59,269 nt of DNA from Patescibacteria group bacterium (GCA_018062825.1 JAGORL010000003.1:138333-197601), one strand, 5' to 3'. Counted from the stretch's first letter, positions 48,992 through 58,802 are shown. The notes: generated by a model not told the origin, from the sequence alone. Translations and numbers: made by a program.

Positions 48992-51583
48992 ATGTCTGAG
49001 ATGCCAAAGGCCTACGAACCACAACAGGTTGAAGATGCGTTGTATCAAGCATGGCTTGCGAGTGGTTATTTCAATCCTGATAATTTGCCGAATTTAGAGG
49101 AGCGTACTGAGGCCTTTAGCATTGTGCTGCCACCGCCAAACGTGACAGGCACCCTTCACCTTGGTCACGCCACCATGCTTGCGATTGAGGATGCGATGGT
49201 TCGTTTTGCGCGTTTGCGTGGTAAGCGCGCACTTTGGCTCCCGGGCACCGATCACGCGGCGATTGCTACGCAGTCTAAGGTTGAGAGTATTTTGCATAAG
49301 GAGACCGGCAAGAGTCGGCATGACCTTGGACGTGAAGCGTTTTTAGAGAAGGTCCGAGCGTTTGCTCAAGAGAGTCACGATACGATCGTGAATCAGTGTA
49401 AGAAGATGGGAGCCTCACTTGATTGGAGCCGCGAAGCGTATACGCTTGATGAGGCGCGTAATACAGCGGTTAATACAGCGTTTAAGCGCATGTATGACGA
49501 TGGTTTGATTTATCGTGGGTACCGGGTTGTTAACTGGGATCCGATTGGTCAGACAACGATCGCTGACGACGAGATTGTTTATAAAGATGTTACCGCTACG
49601 CTTTATACATTCCAGTACGCTAAGAATATTCCGATTGTCATTGCGACTACGCGACCTGAGACCAAGGTTGGTGATACGGCAATTGCGGTGCACCCGGAAG
49701 GGAAGTGGAAAGAGTACATTGGGCAGACGTTTGAGAATGTTGCTTTTGCTGGAGCTACGATTACTCTTCGGGTTATTAGTGATGAGGCGGTTGATCCGGA
49801 GTTTGGAACGGGAGCGCTTGGTGTTACTCCGGCGCACAGCTCGATCGACTTTGATATGAGCAAGCGTCATAATTTGCCGCTTGTGCAGGTGATCGGTGAA
49901 GATGGCAAGATGATGCAAGAGGTGGGTACGGTTGTTAGCGGCTTGAACACAAAAGATGCTCGCGAAAAGATTGCGCAGTGGTTGCGTGATCAGGGACTCA
50001 TGCAATCTGAGGAAGAAATGCAGCAATCACTCTCAACTGCTGAGCGAACTGGGGGAGTTATCGAACCGCTTCCTAAGCTTCAGTGGTTTATTGACGTGAA
50101 TAAACCATTTGTTCGTGATGGGCAAGAAACAAGTTTGAAGAAACTCATGCAAGACGCAGTCCGCTCAAAGGCGATCGAGATTTTGCCAGATCGTTTTGAG
50201 AAAACATACTTCCATTGGATTGATAATCTTCGCGATTGGAATATTAGTCGTCAGATTTGGTTTGGTCACCAGGTGCCTGTTTGGTACAAAGGTGAGGAAA
50301 TTGTGGTTGGCGCTAAGCCTGAGGGCGATGATTGGGTTCAGGATGAAGATACGCTTGATACTTGGTTTTCATCCGGACTTTGGACCTTTTCAACGCTTGG
50401 CTGGCCAGAAGAGACGGTTGATTTTAAAACATTCCATCCAACGACTGTTCTTGAAACGGGATACGATATTTTGTTCTTCTGGGTAGCGCGCATGGTGCTC
50501 ATGTCTACCTATCTTGTGAATGACGTGCCGTTTAAGACGGTGTATTTGCATGGACTTGTTCGTGATGAGCAGGGAAGAAAGATGAGTAAGTCGCTTGGCA
50601 ACATCATCAATCCGCTCGATATGATTGAGAAGTACGGTGCAGACGCGACGCGTTTAGCGCTTGTTGTTGGCAATACTCCTGGAAATGATTTGCGATTATC
50701 TGAGGAGAAGATTGCGGGATACCGTAATTTCACGAACAAACTTTGGAATATTTCGCGTTTCATTGGCATGAAAGCGGGTGGGTTGCGGCACGTTGCAAAC
50801 GTTACCCCGGTGACTCTTTCTGACCGGTATATTCTTGGACGCTTGTCTGAGATCACTACTAAGATGACCGCGCTTCATGAGGCGTATGACCTTTCGCTCG
50901 CTGGTGAACTCCTTCGTGATTTTACGTGGAGTGAGTTTGCTGACTGGTATCTTGAGATAGCCAAGGCTGAGGAGGGTAAAGAGGATATTTTGCTCTATGT
51001 TTTGGAGCGTCTCCTCATTTTGTGGCATCCGTTTATGCCATTTGTGACTGAGGAGATTTATAAGGGCTTTGATCAGGGGATGATCGTTGTTGCTACGTGG
51101 CCGAATGCTGAACATGCGCTTATTGAGGCTGATCGAGTGGCTTTTGAGCGCTTCCAAGAGATAGTGGCGGCGGTTCGCAATGTGCGAGCGACGTATAAGA
51201 TTGCGCCGAGCACGCGCATGCACGTACGTCTTGTTGGGGGACAGACTGGTGAGGCGCTATTGCCGGTACTTTCGCACTTAACGCGTGCTGATGTTGTTCG
51301 TGCTCCTGAAGCATTTCCTGAGGCGGCTAACGTTGTTGCTGGTGGAGAGACGGTTAGTGTAGATTTGGCTGGTCTTGTTGATTTTGGCAAAGAGCGTGAA
51401 CGACTCACTAAAGAGATCGCTAGCGTTTCAACCTATGTTCATACGCAAGAAGGGAAGCTTGCGAATACAGAGTTTGTGAAGAACGCCCCCGAAAAAGTGA
51501 TCACGATGGAACGCGCTAAGCTTACCGATGCGCAAGCTCGGTTAGCTGCACTTGAAGGGGAGCTCGCTGCGTTAGCGAAATAA
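48992..51583 (+). CDS. valS: Valine--tRNA ligase
   Basis: From the ATG at 48992: PPPNVTGTLHLGHA (HIGH), KMSKSLGN, and a C-terminal coiled coil. The upstream part of the ORF overlaps the divergent gene and is rejected. Confidence 0.95.
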   Translation: MSEMPKAYEPQQVEDALYQAWLASGYFNPDNLPNLEERTEAFSIVLPPPNVTGTLHLGHATMLAIEDAMVRFARLRGKRALWLPGTDHAAIATQSKVESILHKETGKSRHDLGREAFLEKVRAFAQESHDTIVNQCKKMGASLDWSREAYTLDEARNTAVNTAFKRMYDDGLIYRGYRVVNWDPIGQTTIADDEIVYKDVTATLYTFQYAKNIPIVIATTRPETKVGDTAIAVHPEGKWKEYIGQTFENVAFAGATITLRVISDEAVDPEFGTGALGVTPAHSSIDFDMSKRHNLPLVQVIGEDGKMMQEVGTVVSGLNTKDAREKIAQWLRDQGLMQSEEEMQQSLSTAERTGGVIEPLPKLQWFIDVNKPFVRDGQETSLKKLMQDAVRSKAIEILPDRFEKTYFHWIDNLRDWNISRQIWFGHQVPVWYKGEEIVVGAKPEGDDWVQDEDTLDTWFSSGLWTFSTLGWPEETVDFKTFHPTTVLETGYDILFFWVARMVLMSTYLVNDVPFKTVYLHGLVRDEQGRKMSKSLGNIINPLDMIEKYGADATRLALVVGNTPGNDLRLSEEKIAGYRNFTNKLWNISRFIGMKAGGLRHVANVTPVTLSDRYILGRLSEITTKMTALHEAYDLSLAGELLRDFTWSEFADWYLEIAKAEEGKEDILLYVLERLLILWHPFMPFVTEEIYKGFDQGMIVVATWPNAEHALIEADRVAFERFQEIVAAVRNVRATYKIAPSTRMHVRLVGGQTGEALLPVLSHLTRADVVRAPEAFPEAANVVAGGETVSVDLAGLVDFGKERERLTKEIASVSTYVHTQEGKLANTEFVKNAPEKVITMERAKLTDAQARLAALEGELAALAK

Positions 51584-51594
51584 GAATATTTAGT

Positions 51595-51625
51595 AAAAAG
51601 CACACGGAGAAATCCGGTGCTTTTT
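51595..51625 (+). terminator. Intrinsic terminator of valS
   Basis: AAAAAGCAC-CGGA-GAAA-TCCG-GTGCTTTTT. Confidence 0.8.
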
Positions 51626-51694
51626 GTTTACGGGGTTTCGTTGAATCTTTAGGGGGTCCGTGGTAGGGTAGGCGGTGAATGTTCGCTTTTTCTT

Positions 51695-52897
51695 TTGATT
51701 ATGACCCCTGCATCCAGTCAGATTGATCACTTGTTAGCGCATGGCGTAAGTGAGGTGTATCCGACGCCTGGAGCACTTGCTGAGGCACTTTCTAGTGGTC
51801 GTAGATTGCGTATTTACGTTGGTGTTGATCCGACTTCGCCTTCGCTGCATATTGGTCATGCGATGCAGTTTCGTAAGCTTCGAGAATTTCAGGATCTTGG
51901 TCATGAGGTTATTCTTTTGATTGGATCGTTCACGGCCATGATCGGAGACCCGACAGACAAGCTTGCGGTGCGTAAGCAGTTAACCTCGGAAGAGGTGGTG
52001 GCAAACGCTAAGACCTATAAAAAGCAGGCTGCTAAGATTTTGCGCTTTACCGGGGAGAATCCTGCAAAACTCATGTTTAACCACAAGTGGTTATCCAAGA
52101 TGAGTTTTTCTCAGGTGGTTGATCTAGCGAGTCATTTTACGGTGCAGCAAATGATGGAGCGTGACATGTTTGAGAAGCGCCTTCTTGAAGGTAAGCCGAT
52201 TCATTTGCACGAGTTTTTTTACCCGCTTATGCAGGGGTATGATTCCGTTGCCATGGATGTTGATGTAGAAATTGGTGGCTCTGATCAGATTTTCAATATG
52301 CTTGCTGGCAGAACGCTCATGAAAGCCATGAAGGGCAAGGAGAAATTTGTGTTGGCGGTAAAGCTACTCACAAATGATGAAGGTAAGAAGATGAGTAAGT
52401 CTGAAGGTGGGTTTATTGCTCTTACGGATGCACCTGAGGACATGTTCGGAAAGCTGATGGCTATGGGTGACTCCATGATCTTGCCGTACTTCGAGCTTGT
52501 GGTTGGTTTGCCTTCCTCGGAACTCGATCAGATTCGTACTGAGCTATCAAGTGGAGTTAATCCTCGTGATATTAAATTACGTTTAGCAGAAACAATTACG
52601 AGCATGTACCACACGGTGGCAGCAGCGAAACGTGCAAAAAAGCATTTTATTAGCGTCTTCTCACAAAAAGAGATGCCTACTGAGATTGTTGACGTTCAGG
52701 TGCCGGTTGGCGTGAGTGTTATTCAGGCGCTTGTTAGCGCTTCGTTTGCAACGTCGAATGGCGAGGCTCGTCGTTTGATTGAGCAAGGGGGAGTGAAGCT
52801 CGGGGATGCTGTTGTTACCGATGTGCAGGCGGTTGTTTCTAGTCTTCCGGTGATTCTTCAGAAGGGAAAGCGTCATTTTGCTCGTCTTGTTGTTTAA
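51695..52897 (+). CDS. tyrS: Tyrosine--tRNA ligase
   Basis: PSLHIGHAM (HIGH), KMSKSEG, and a C-terminal S4-like domain. The start is either TTG 51695 or ATG 51701. Confidence 0.92.
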   Translation: MIMTPASSQIDHLLAHGVSEVYPTPGALAEALSSGRRLRIYVGVDPTSPSLHIGHAMQFRKLREFQDLGHEVILLIGSFTAMIGDPTDKLAVRKQLTSEEVVANAKTYKKQAAKILRFTGENPAKLMFNHKWLSKMSFSQVVDLASHFTVQQMMERDMFEKRLLEGKPIHLHEFFYPLMQGYDSVAMDVDVEIGGSDQIFNMLAGRTLMKAMKGKEKFVLAVKLLTNDEGKKMSKSEGGFIALTDAPEDMFGKLMAMGDSMILPYFELVVGLPSSELDQIRTELSSGVNPRDIKLRLAETITSMYHTVAAAKRAKKHFISVFSQKEMPTEIVDVQVPVGVSVIQALVSASFATSNGEARRLIEQGGVKLGDAVVTDVQAVVSSLPVILQKGKRHFARLVV

Positions 52898-52899
52898 GT

Positions 52900-54603
52900 A
52901 TGTACGCATTAACACGAGTTAAAAAGGAGGCACTGACCAGTTTGAAGAAAGCGATCGGTAAGAAGTACCCCGTTTCAATCGACATGCTTGGTGAACCCCC
53001 GGATGCTAAAATGGGAGATATTAGTTTTCCGTGTTTTGCGTTAGCAAAGGGCATGGCGCGCAATCCAGCGGAGATTGCTACGGAGATTGCAGCAAAGATT
53101 GGACCGTCATCACTTATTGCACGCGTGGTTGCTGTTGGTCCTTACGTCAATTTCACCGTAGATGGCGCGGCTTTTGTTGGTGCTGTTTTGACGGATGTTG
53201 TGAAGGATGGGAAGCGTTATGGCAAATCAACAACTGGTCGCGGTAAGAAGGTTTTAGTTGAGTACGCGAATTTAAATACGCATAAGGAGATCCACATTGG
53301 TCACGTTCGTAATTTAGCGTTAGGTAAATCGCTTGTGGAGCTTTTGCGCCGTACTGGCTATGGCGTTACGCCGGTTGCTTATATTAATGATCTTGGCAAT
53401 AACGTTGCGCGAGCTTTGTGGGGAGTAATGAAGCTTCACCCAGGTGAAGAGCCGCCGGAAGATGCGCTTAATTGGCTTGGCTCTATTTACGCCGAGGCAA
53501 CAGCGGCGCTTGAAGCTGATGAGGAGCGCAAGGCAGAGGTTTCTCAGATTCAGCGTGACCTTGAGAATATGGAAGGGGAGGTGGTACCACTTTGGAAGAA
53601 GAGTCAGAAGTGGTCGATGGATGCGCTTAAGGCTGCTTATGCTGAGCTTGGACTGGAGCTTGATCATATTTACGAGGAGCACGATTTGATTGATGAAACT
53701 CATGAGATCGTTAAAAAGCTTTTGACGCAGGGGATCGCTAAGATGAGCCAGGGCGCTGCGATTGTTGATTTAGAGAGTGAGGGGCTTGGTGTAAATTTAC
53801 TGCGTAAGAGTGACGGCACGCTTTTGTATAACGCAAAGGATTTGGCGCTTGCCTATCGCAAGGAAGCTGACTATGCGGCTGATCGATCGCTTATCGTCGT
53901 TGATACAAGACAGTCACTGGCTTTTAAGCAATTAGCAGAGACTTTGGACCGCATGGGATTTCCACGTGAGGTTTTGCATATTCCGTATGACTTTGTAACC
54001 CTTCCTGAAGGGGCCATGAGCTCACGTAAGGGGAATATTGTGCGCTGGACCGATGTGCGTGACGCCATGATTGAGAAGCTGTCGCAAGCAACTCGAGAGC
54101 GCCATGCTGATTGGAGTGATCGTAAAGTTCGTGACAATGCGCGTGCCTTAGCGTTTGCAAGCGTGCAGTTTATGATGCTTCGTCAGGATCCGGAGAAAAC
54201 GTTAGTTTTCGATATGGATGAAGCGATGTCGACCGATGGTTTTTCTGCGCCCTATATTTTGTATACACTTGCACGTATTGAGAGCATGAAGCGCAAAGCT
54301 GAGGTTATTCCTGAGATTGTTCCTGAGAAGCTTGCGCACCCGGTTGAGATTGCACTTGCTCGAGAGATGGCACGTTATCCGGGGGTTATTCAAGCGGCAG
54401 CGGCCCAATATAAGCCGAGCATTGTTGCGCATTACGCTTTTTCGCTTGCGCAGATATTTGCAAGGTATTACGAAGAGGTTCGTATTCTTGATGCGAATGA
54501 ATTACAATTTGCATCAGCGCGTTTGGCACTTTGTGATGCTGTTCGACAGACACTTGAGAATGCCCTTTTGTCGCTAGGTATTCCACTTGTTAAAGAGATG
54601 TAG
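52900..54603 (+). CDS. argS: Arginine--tRNA ligase
   Basis: NTHKEIHIGHVRN (HIGH) and a C-terminal DALR anticodon-binding domain; 567 aa. Confidence 0.92.
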   Translation: MYALTRVKKEALTSLKKAIGKKYPVSIDMLGEPPDAKMGDISFPCFALAKGMARNPAEIATEIAAKIGPSSLIARVVAVGPYVNFTVDGAAFVGAVLTDVVKDGKRYGKSTTGRGKKVLVEYANLNTHKEIHIGHVRNLALGKSLVELLRRTGYGVTPVAYINDLGNNVARALWGVMKLHPGEEPPEDALNWLGSIYAEATAALEADEERKAEVSQIQRDLENMEGEVVPLWKKSQKWSMDALKAAYAELGLELDHIYEEHDLIDETHEIVKKLLTQGIAKMSQGAAIVDLESEGLGVNLLRKSDGTLLYNAKDLALAYRKEADYAADRSLIVVDTRQSLAFKQLAETLDRMGFPREVLHIPYDFVTLPEGAMSSRKGNIVRWTDVRDAMIEKLSQATRERHADWSDRKVRDNARALAFASVQFMMLRQDPEKTLVFDMDEAMSTDGFSAPYILYTLARIESMKRKAEVIPEIVPEKLAHPVEIALAREMARYPGVIQAAAAQYKPSIVAHYAFSLAQIFARYYEEVRILDANELQFASARLALCDAVRQTLENALLSLGIPLVKEM

Positions 54604-54684
54604 TAAGTAGGGAATAGGGGTTAGGGTATGGGGAATGGTTGTGAGGTTTTGTGAAGGGGGATTTATGAGTAATGAATTATAACT

Positions 54685-55068
54685 GTGGCATTTTCTATGG
54701 CAAAATCCGGTGGAGGAGAAACGATCATCGCCCATGGCGTGCGTGTTGAGGGTGATTTCTTAGCGCAGGGAGATATCGTTATTGAGGGTGAGGTTCGGGG
54801 TACGATTGTGACTGCGGGTAATTTGCGTATTGGCGAACTTGCTCGTATTGATGCAGATATTAAGGCTGAAAATGCGGTTATTGCTGGAGAGATTCACGGC
54901 AATCTTCGGATTAATGGAACGCTTGAGCTTTTACCATCATCAAAGTTTTCTGGTGATTTGGTTGTTACCACGCTTTCTGTTGGTGCTGGCGCGCAGGTAA
55001 ACGGCACCGTTCACATGGGTGCTGATGATGTTTCTGCTAAGCGACCTAAGAAGGGGGCAGCGGAGTAG
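54685..55068 (+). CDS. Bactofilin-family polymer-forming protein
   Basis: Repetitive beta-helix pattern (VEGDF..GDIVIEGEVRGTI..GNLRIGE.ARIDADIKAENAVIAGEIHGNL). The start is either GTG 54685 or ATG 54697. Confidence 0.7.
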   Translation: MAFSMAKSGGGETIIAHGVRVEGDFLAQGDIVIEGEVRGTIVTAGNLRIGELARIDADIKAENAVIAGEIHGNLRINGTLELLPSSKFSGDLVVTTLSVGAGAQVNGTVHMGADDVSAKRPKKGAAE

Positions 55069-55070
55069 GT

Positions 55071-55814
55071 GTGTATTGCTACGTGTACGATGAGCTTTTG
55101 CAGGACAAGCGGTACGAGCGTGAGGTTGATCTTCTTGAAACACGTTTAACCGACTTGGGAATCATGGGTAAGGTAGTGCGCCTTGCTCTTTTTCGTGATG
55201 CTCTGCAGGTTATTCGTGATGAGATTAAACATGGCATCACCACGTTTGTTGCTGTTGGCACTGATCAAACCTTGAAAAAAGTTTTACAAGCAACGGCTGA
55301 TACCAAAGTCACTGTTGGTTATTTGCCAGTTGGTTCTGCTGCGCAACCGATGGCTGATTTGCTTGGTATTCCTCAGGGGGTGGTGGCGTGCGATGTGCTT
55401 TCGGCACGCCTTGTTGAAGAGATTGATGTTGGTGAGGTTAATGGGCGGCGGTTTTTACACAGTGCCACCATGGATGGCACGGGTGTTACGATATTTTGTG
55501 AAGATTCGTATACGGTTACTCCACTTAAGCGGTGTTCGCTTGAATTGCGTAATTTAACGGCCCCTGACGCCGCTGGTGAGGTCAGCCCGACCGATGGCAA
55601 GGTTACTCTTATCCTTCGTCATCCTAAGTTTTCTCTTTTCTCTCGTAAGGAGACTTTTTCTAAAATTCCACTCACCAAGATGCGTATTTTCGTTCCAAAA
55701 CAAGGCACCATGATTGCTGATGGTGAGAAGATTGTTGCTCAGGAGTTTGAGGTTCGAGCGCTTGCTGGTCGCTTGCGAGTTATCTCTGGCAAAGGGAGGA
55801 AGTTTGGAGTTTAG
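55071..55814 (+). CDS. Diacylglycerol-kinase-catalytic-domain (YegS/NAD-kinase-fold) protein
   Basis: 247 aa. FVAVGTDQTLKKVL sits in the position of the GGDGT motif. Weak assignment. Confidence 0.4.
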   Translation: MYCYVYDELLQDKRYEREVDLLETRLTDLGIMGKVVRLALFRDALQVIRDEIKHGITTFVAVGTDQTLKKVLQATADTKVTVGYLPVGSAAQPMADLLGIPQGVVACDVLSARLVEEIDVGEVNGRRFLHSATMDGTGVTIFCEDSYTVTPLKRCSLELRNLTAPDAAGEVSPTDGKVTLILRHPKFSLFSRKETFSKIPLTKMRIFVPKQGTMIADGEKIVAQEFEVRALAGRLRVISGKGRKFGV

Positions 55815-55842
55815 TGCAATCCTTAGGTGAGAAGTGACAAAT

Positions 55843-55873
55843 AAAAAACACCGATTTTTACTCGGTGTTTTTT
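55843..55873. terminator. Bidirectional intrinsic terminator
   Basis: AAAAAACACCGA-loop-TCGGTGTTTTTT between convergent genes. Confidence 0.8.
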
Positions 55874-55878
55874 ATTGC

Positions 55879-56352
55879 TTACTTTTTTAAGTGCTCCTTG
55901 ATGAGTGTGCCGTACCCGATGACGAATAGGGCGGTTGAGGTTATGGCAGAGGCTATACAGTAGTAGCAGACGGCATGCAGGATGCCGAACATGACGATCA
56001 TGAAATACGTTGAGACACCTAGGCCGATGATAGTTGCGATGCTTAGGTACTTTTTAAGTGTATATGATCGAAATTCTGAGGCGATAAGTGAGCCGAAGAA
56101 TATTCCGAGATAGTAGAGGGTGCCAAAAAGTGCGATTGGTGTTCCGTAAAAGTAAGCGTATACGCTCGTTGTTACCGTTTCGCAGCTATTTGACCCTCCG
56201 CACTGCAGTGGCACTCCGAAGTAGTGATTAGCAGTGAGGTACATTGCATCAAGAAAGCCAAGGAATGCAAAAAGCATGAAGGCTCGCGTTTGCCAGAAGG
56301 GAAACTTAGGCGTTTCGTTTACTGAGGTAGGAATCGATGCTTCCATAGCCAC
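55879..56352 (-). CDS. Vitamin K epoxide reductase (VKOR) family protein
   Basis: Four TM helices, a loop cysteine pair (CGGSNSC) and CYYC in the last helix. Confidence 0.75.
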   Translation of the reverse strand: MAMEASIPTSVNETPKFPFWQTRAFMLFAFLGFLDAMYLTANHYFGVPLQCGGSNSCETVTTSVYAYFYGTPIALFGTLYYLGIFFGSLIASEFRSYTLKKYLSIATIIGLGVSTYFMIVMFGILHAVCYYCIASAITSTALFVIGYGTLIKEHLKK

Positions 56353-57244
56353 CTGAGGTTATCATGAGAACAGATAGGACGCCAAACAGCGTGACGTGTG
56401 CGGCGACATCTTCTCCAAAGAAGAAGAAGGTAGTTGAGAGTACGGCAAAGGCCACGGCGGCATTTAGGCGAGTGTGGAAGCCGATTGCAAGACAGAAGCC
56501 GACGGTAAATTCGATAATGCCGGCGCTTAGTACCCACATGCCCACCGAAACTGGTATGACATTTTGAAGATCGAAGATCGTTACTACTGCGGCGCTCATG
56601 TGCGGATTGAGGAACTTCTCTACGACCGCTAGGTACATCATGGCACCACCAATACCGATACGAAGGATGAGTGGCGCTAGCATTTTGAGGCGATCATCCG
56701 GCTGTGGAAGCTGAATGCCGAGCAGGTCATCAATGCCGGGTTTAGCATTTCCAAGAATGAGAAAAGCGAGTAGGGCGGCCGCGATTTCCAGATTTCCGAG
56801 GAGTTCTGGATGAATAAGGATTGCTCCTAGTGATAGCCCGAACGCGAGGATGATAGTTGGCGTTAATAGTCCACCAACAAGCAGTAGGAAGCCGAGGAGA
56901 ATTTCAATGGTAGCTACCGTTGTTGAGGCTTCAATGGCAGGAGAGAGTAGGTGCCCGCCACTGCCAGCTCCAATGAATCCTATACCAAGTGAGATGCGAA
57001 GCATCCAGGGAATGAGTTCTGTGTATGTGCGAGCCTTTGCTCGAAAATAACGAATTTTTTGTACCGACACTTTCCAGGTGGTGAGTAGATGATAGCCAAT
57101 GAGAACCACGGTTATCGTGGCGATCATGAGGCCGATGTAGAGCGGGGAGGTTAGCGGCTCAAGGAGCATTCCTGGATCCGCTCCAGCGACATCGGCCGCA
57201 ACCTCTTGAGGAATGACGTAGCTTACGTGCGCAAGGCGCGTCAT
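56306..57244 (-). CDS. DoxX-family integral membrane protein
   Basis: 312 aa, polytopic. The LILRIGIGGAMMY...KF region resembles DoxX. Overlaps the VKOR start by 47 nt. Confidence 0.55.
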   Translation of the reverse strand: MTRLAHVSYVIPQEVAADVAGADPGMLLEPLTSPLYIGLMIATITVVLIGYHLLTTWKVSVQKIRYFRAKARTYTELIPWMLRISLGIGFIGAGSGGHLLSPAIEASTTVATIEILLGFLLLVGGLLTPTIILAFGLSLGAILIHPELLGNLEIAAALLAFLILGNAKPGIDDLLGIQLPQPDDRLKMLAPLILRIGIGGAMMYLAVVEKFLNPHMSAAVVTIFDLQNVIPVSVGMWVLSAGIIEFTVGFCLAIGFHTRLNAAVAFAVLSTTFFFFGEDVAAHVTLFGVLSVLMITSGGYGSIDSYLSKRNA

Positions 57245-57247
57245 AGA

Positions 57248-57982
57248 TTAGCGACCGAGGGCTTTCTCAATTTCGGTTATGAAGCCATCGAGTCCGCGTG
57301 GGCTATTGATTGGTGTGCCGTTGATGAAGAAAGTTGGAGTTCCGGTGACGTTAGCGCGAATGCCGCTTTCGACATCGGCTTGCACGCGAGCTCGTACTTC
57401 ACCAGATGAGAAGTCGGCTTGGTATTTATCCATGTCTAGCCCAAGTGACAGAGCGTATTCTTCAAAGGTGCTCGTTGGGTTTGGCAGATTGCTCCAACGT
57501 GTTTGGTTGTTGAACAGTAGATCGTGCATTTCAAAGAACTTTCCTTGATTACCTGCGGCTTCTGCGGCACGTGAAGCGCCTTCAGCGTTTGGGTGAATGG
57601 TGCGCAGTGGGAAGTGGCGGAAAACAACACGAACATCTTCTGGATATTGCGCGAGCACCTGTTTTATCACTGGGTGATATGAAGCACAGGCTGGGCACTG
57701 GAAGTCGGCGTACTCAAAGATAGTGACGCTAGCATTCTCGTTACCGATGACGTGGTCGGCGGCGGTTACTTCGCCGGAGAGTGGGGATGGCTGATCGACG
57801 TCGTTTCTTTCAGCGAGATAGATGAGTCCACCGATTGCAATAACGACACCAAGTACAGCGGCGCCAATGCGGGCGATGCGGCCAAATTTTGCTTTCATGG
57901 CGCGTGCGCGATCGGCTTTACGCTGAGCCTCTTTACGAGCCTCTTTTTCTGCCTGTGGATTGACGATGTTTTGTTCTTCCAT
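57248..57982 (-). CDS. DsbA-family thiol:disulfide oxidoreductase, membrane-anchored
   Basis: YADFQCPACASYHP CxxC motif, an N-terminal TM helix, and a C-terminal GTPTFFINGT. Confidence 0.8.
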   Translation of the reverse strand: MEEQNIVNPQAEKEARKEAQRKADRARAMKAKFGRIARIGAAVLGVVIAIGGLIYLAERNDVDQPSPLSGEVTAADHVIGNENASVTIFEYADFQCPACASYHPVIKQVLAQYPEDVRVVFRHFPLRTIHPNAEGASRAAEAAGNQGKFFEMHDLLFNNQTRWSNLPNPTSTFEEYALSLGLDMDKYQADFSSGEVRARVQADVESGIRANVTGTPTFFINGTPINSPRGLDGFITEIEKALGR

Positions 57983-58066
57983 AGTGGAGGAAAGATAGCA
58001 TGTTTAACTTCATTTGACTATGCTTTACTAAAATCACCCCTTGCTGAGCTTGGGGTGATTTTTTGC

Positions 58067-58639
58067 CTAGAGATTGAAATTTAGTGCAGCAAATGGGTCT
58101 ATGAACGTTACGTTTGCCGGTGGAGTGAAGACGCTTTCATTTTCGATTCCAGCTACACAATTAACTTCGGCGTCAACTTGTAGTTCTTCTGCTAGCGCTT
58201 GGGCGTTTGGTGAAGTGGCTTCTGTTTCTGCACCTGCTGTTACAGATCCGTTAAGCTCGGTTGCCAGCTCATCGAGGTTACACATTTTGATACCCTCGGT
58301 GCCGCCCATTTCCCAGGTGTATATACAGTCATCGGTGCCGATCATGCTTGACTTACGACCGTCGATTGTTGTGATCATTGCGAATTTTTCTCCATCAATG
58401 TAGGCGGTGCCCATGCCTTCCTCTGCCGACCAGGTACACGTCATTTTTTGGCTTAGGGCTAAAGCGCCGGATAGGCTTCCGGTAAAGAGACTACTGCTTG
58501 ATTCCTCGGTCGGGGTCGATACTTCTGTTGAGGTTTCAATGGTTACTTCTGATGATTGCTCGGTAGTACCCAGGCAACCTGCTCCAAGAAGAGCTGTGAG
58601 CGATAGGGTGCCAAGGAATATTTGTAGCGGCTTATTCAT
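58067..58639 (-). CDS. Putative lipoprotein (190 aa)
   Basis: Lipobox-like LLGAGC after the signal peptide, followed by a Ser/Thr/Glu-rich linker. Confidence 0.55.
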   Translation of the reverse strand: MNKPLQIFLGTLSLTALLGAGCLGTTEQSSEVTIETSTEVSTPTEESSSSLFTGSLSGALALSQKMTCTWSAEEGMGTAYIDGEKFAMITTIDGRKSSMIGTDDCIYTWEMGGTEGIKMCNLDELATELNGSVTAGAETEATSPNAQALAEELQVDAEVNCVAGIENESVFTPPANVTFIDPFAALNFNL

Positions 58640-58725
58640 AGATTTGTCTTGAATGATTGAAGTGCGACATCAGGAGTTTAGCACATTAGCTAAACAAAAA
58701 GACCTCCGCATGGGAGATCGTTTTG

Positions 58726-58802
58726 TGGTGGACGCTAAGGGACTCGAACCCCTGACCTACTCGGTGTAAACGAGTCGCTCTAACCAACTGAGCTAAGCGT
58801 CC
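58726..58802 (-). tRNA. tRNA-Val (anticodon UAC), CCA encoded
   Basis: The minus strand reads GGACGCT-TA-GCTC..GAGC-G-ACTCG-TTTACAC-CGAGT-..-AGGGG-TTCGAGT-CCCTT-AGCGTCC-ACCA. Confidence 0.9.

Noticed and set aside
54617-54626. The TTAGGG unit as a telomere-like repeat
   Set aside because: Only a single unit is present, embedded in a non-periodic G-rich tract. There is no tandem array and no chromosome end.
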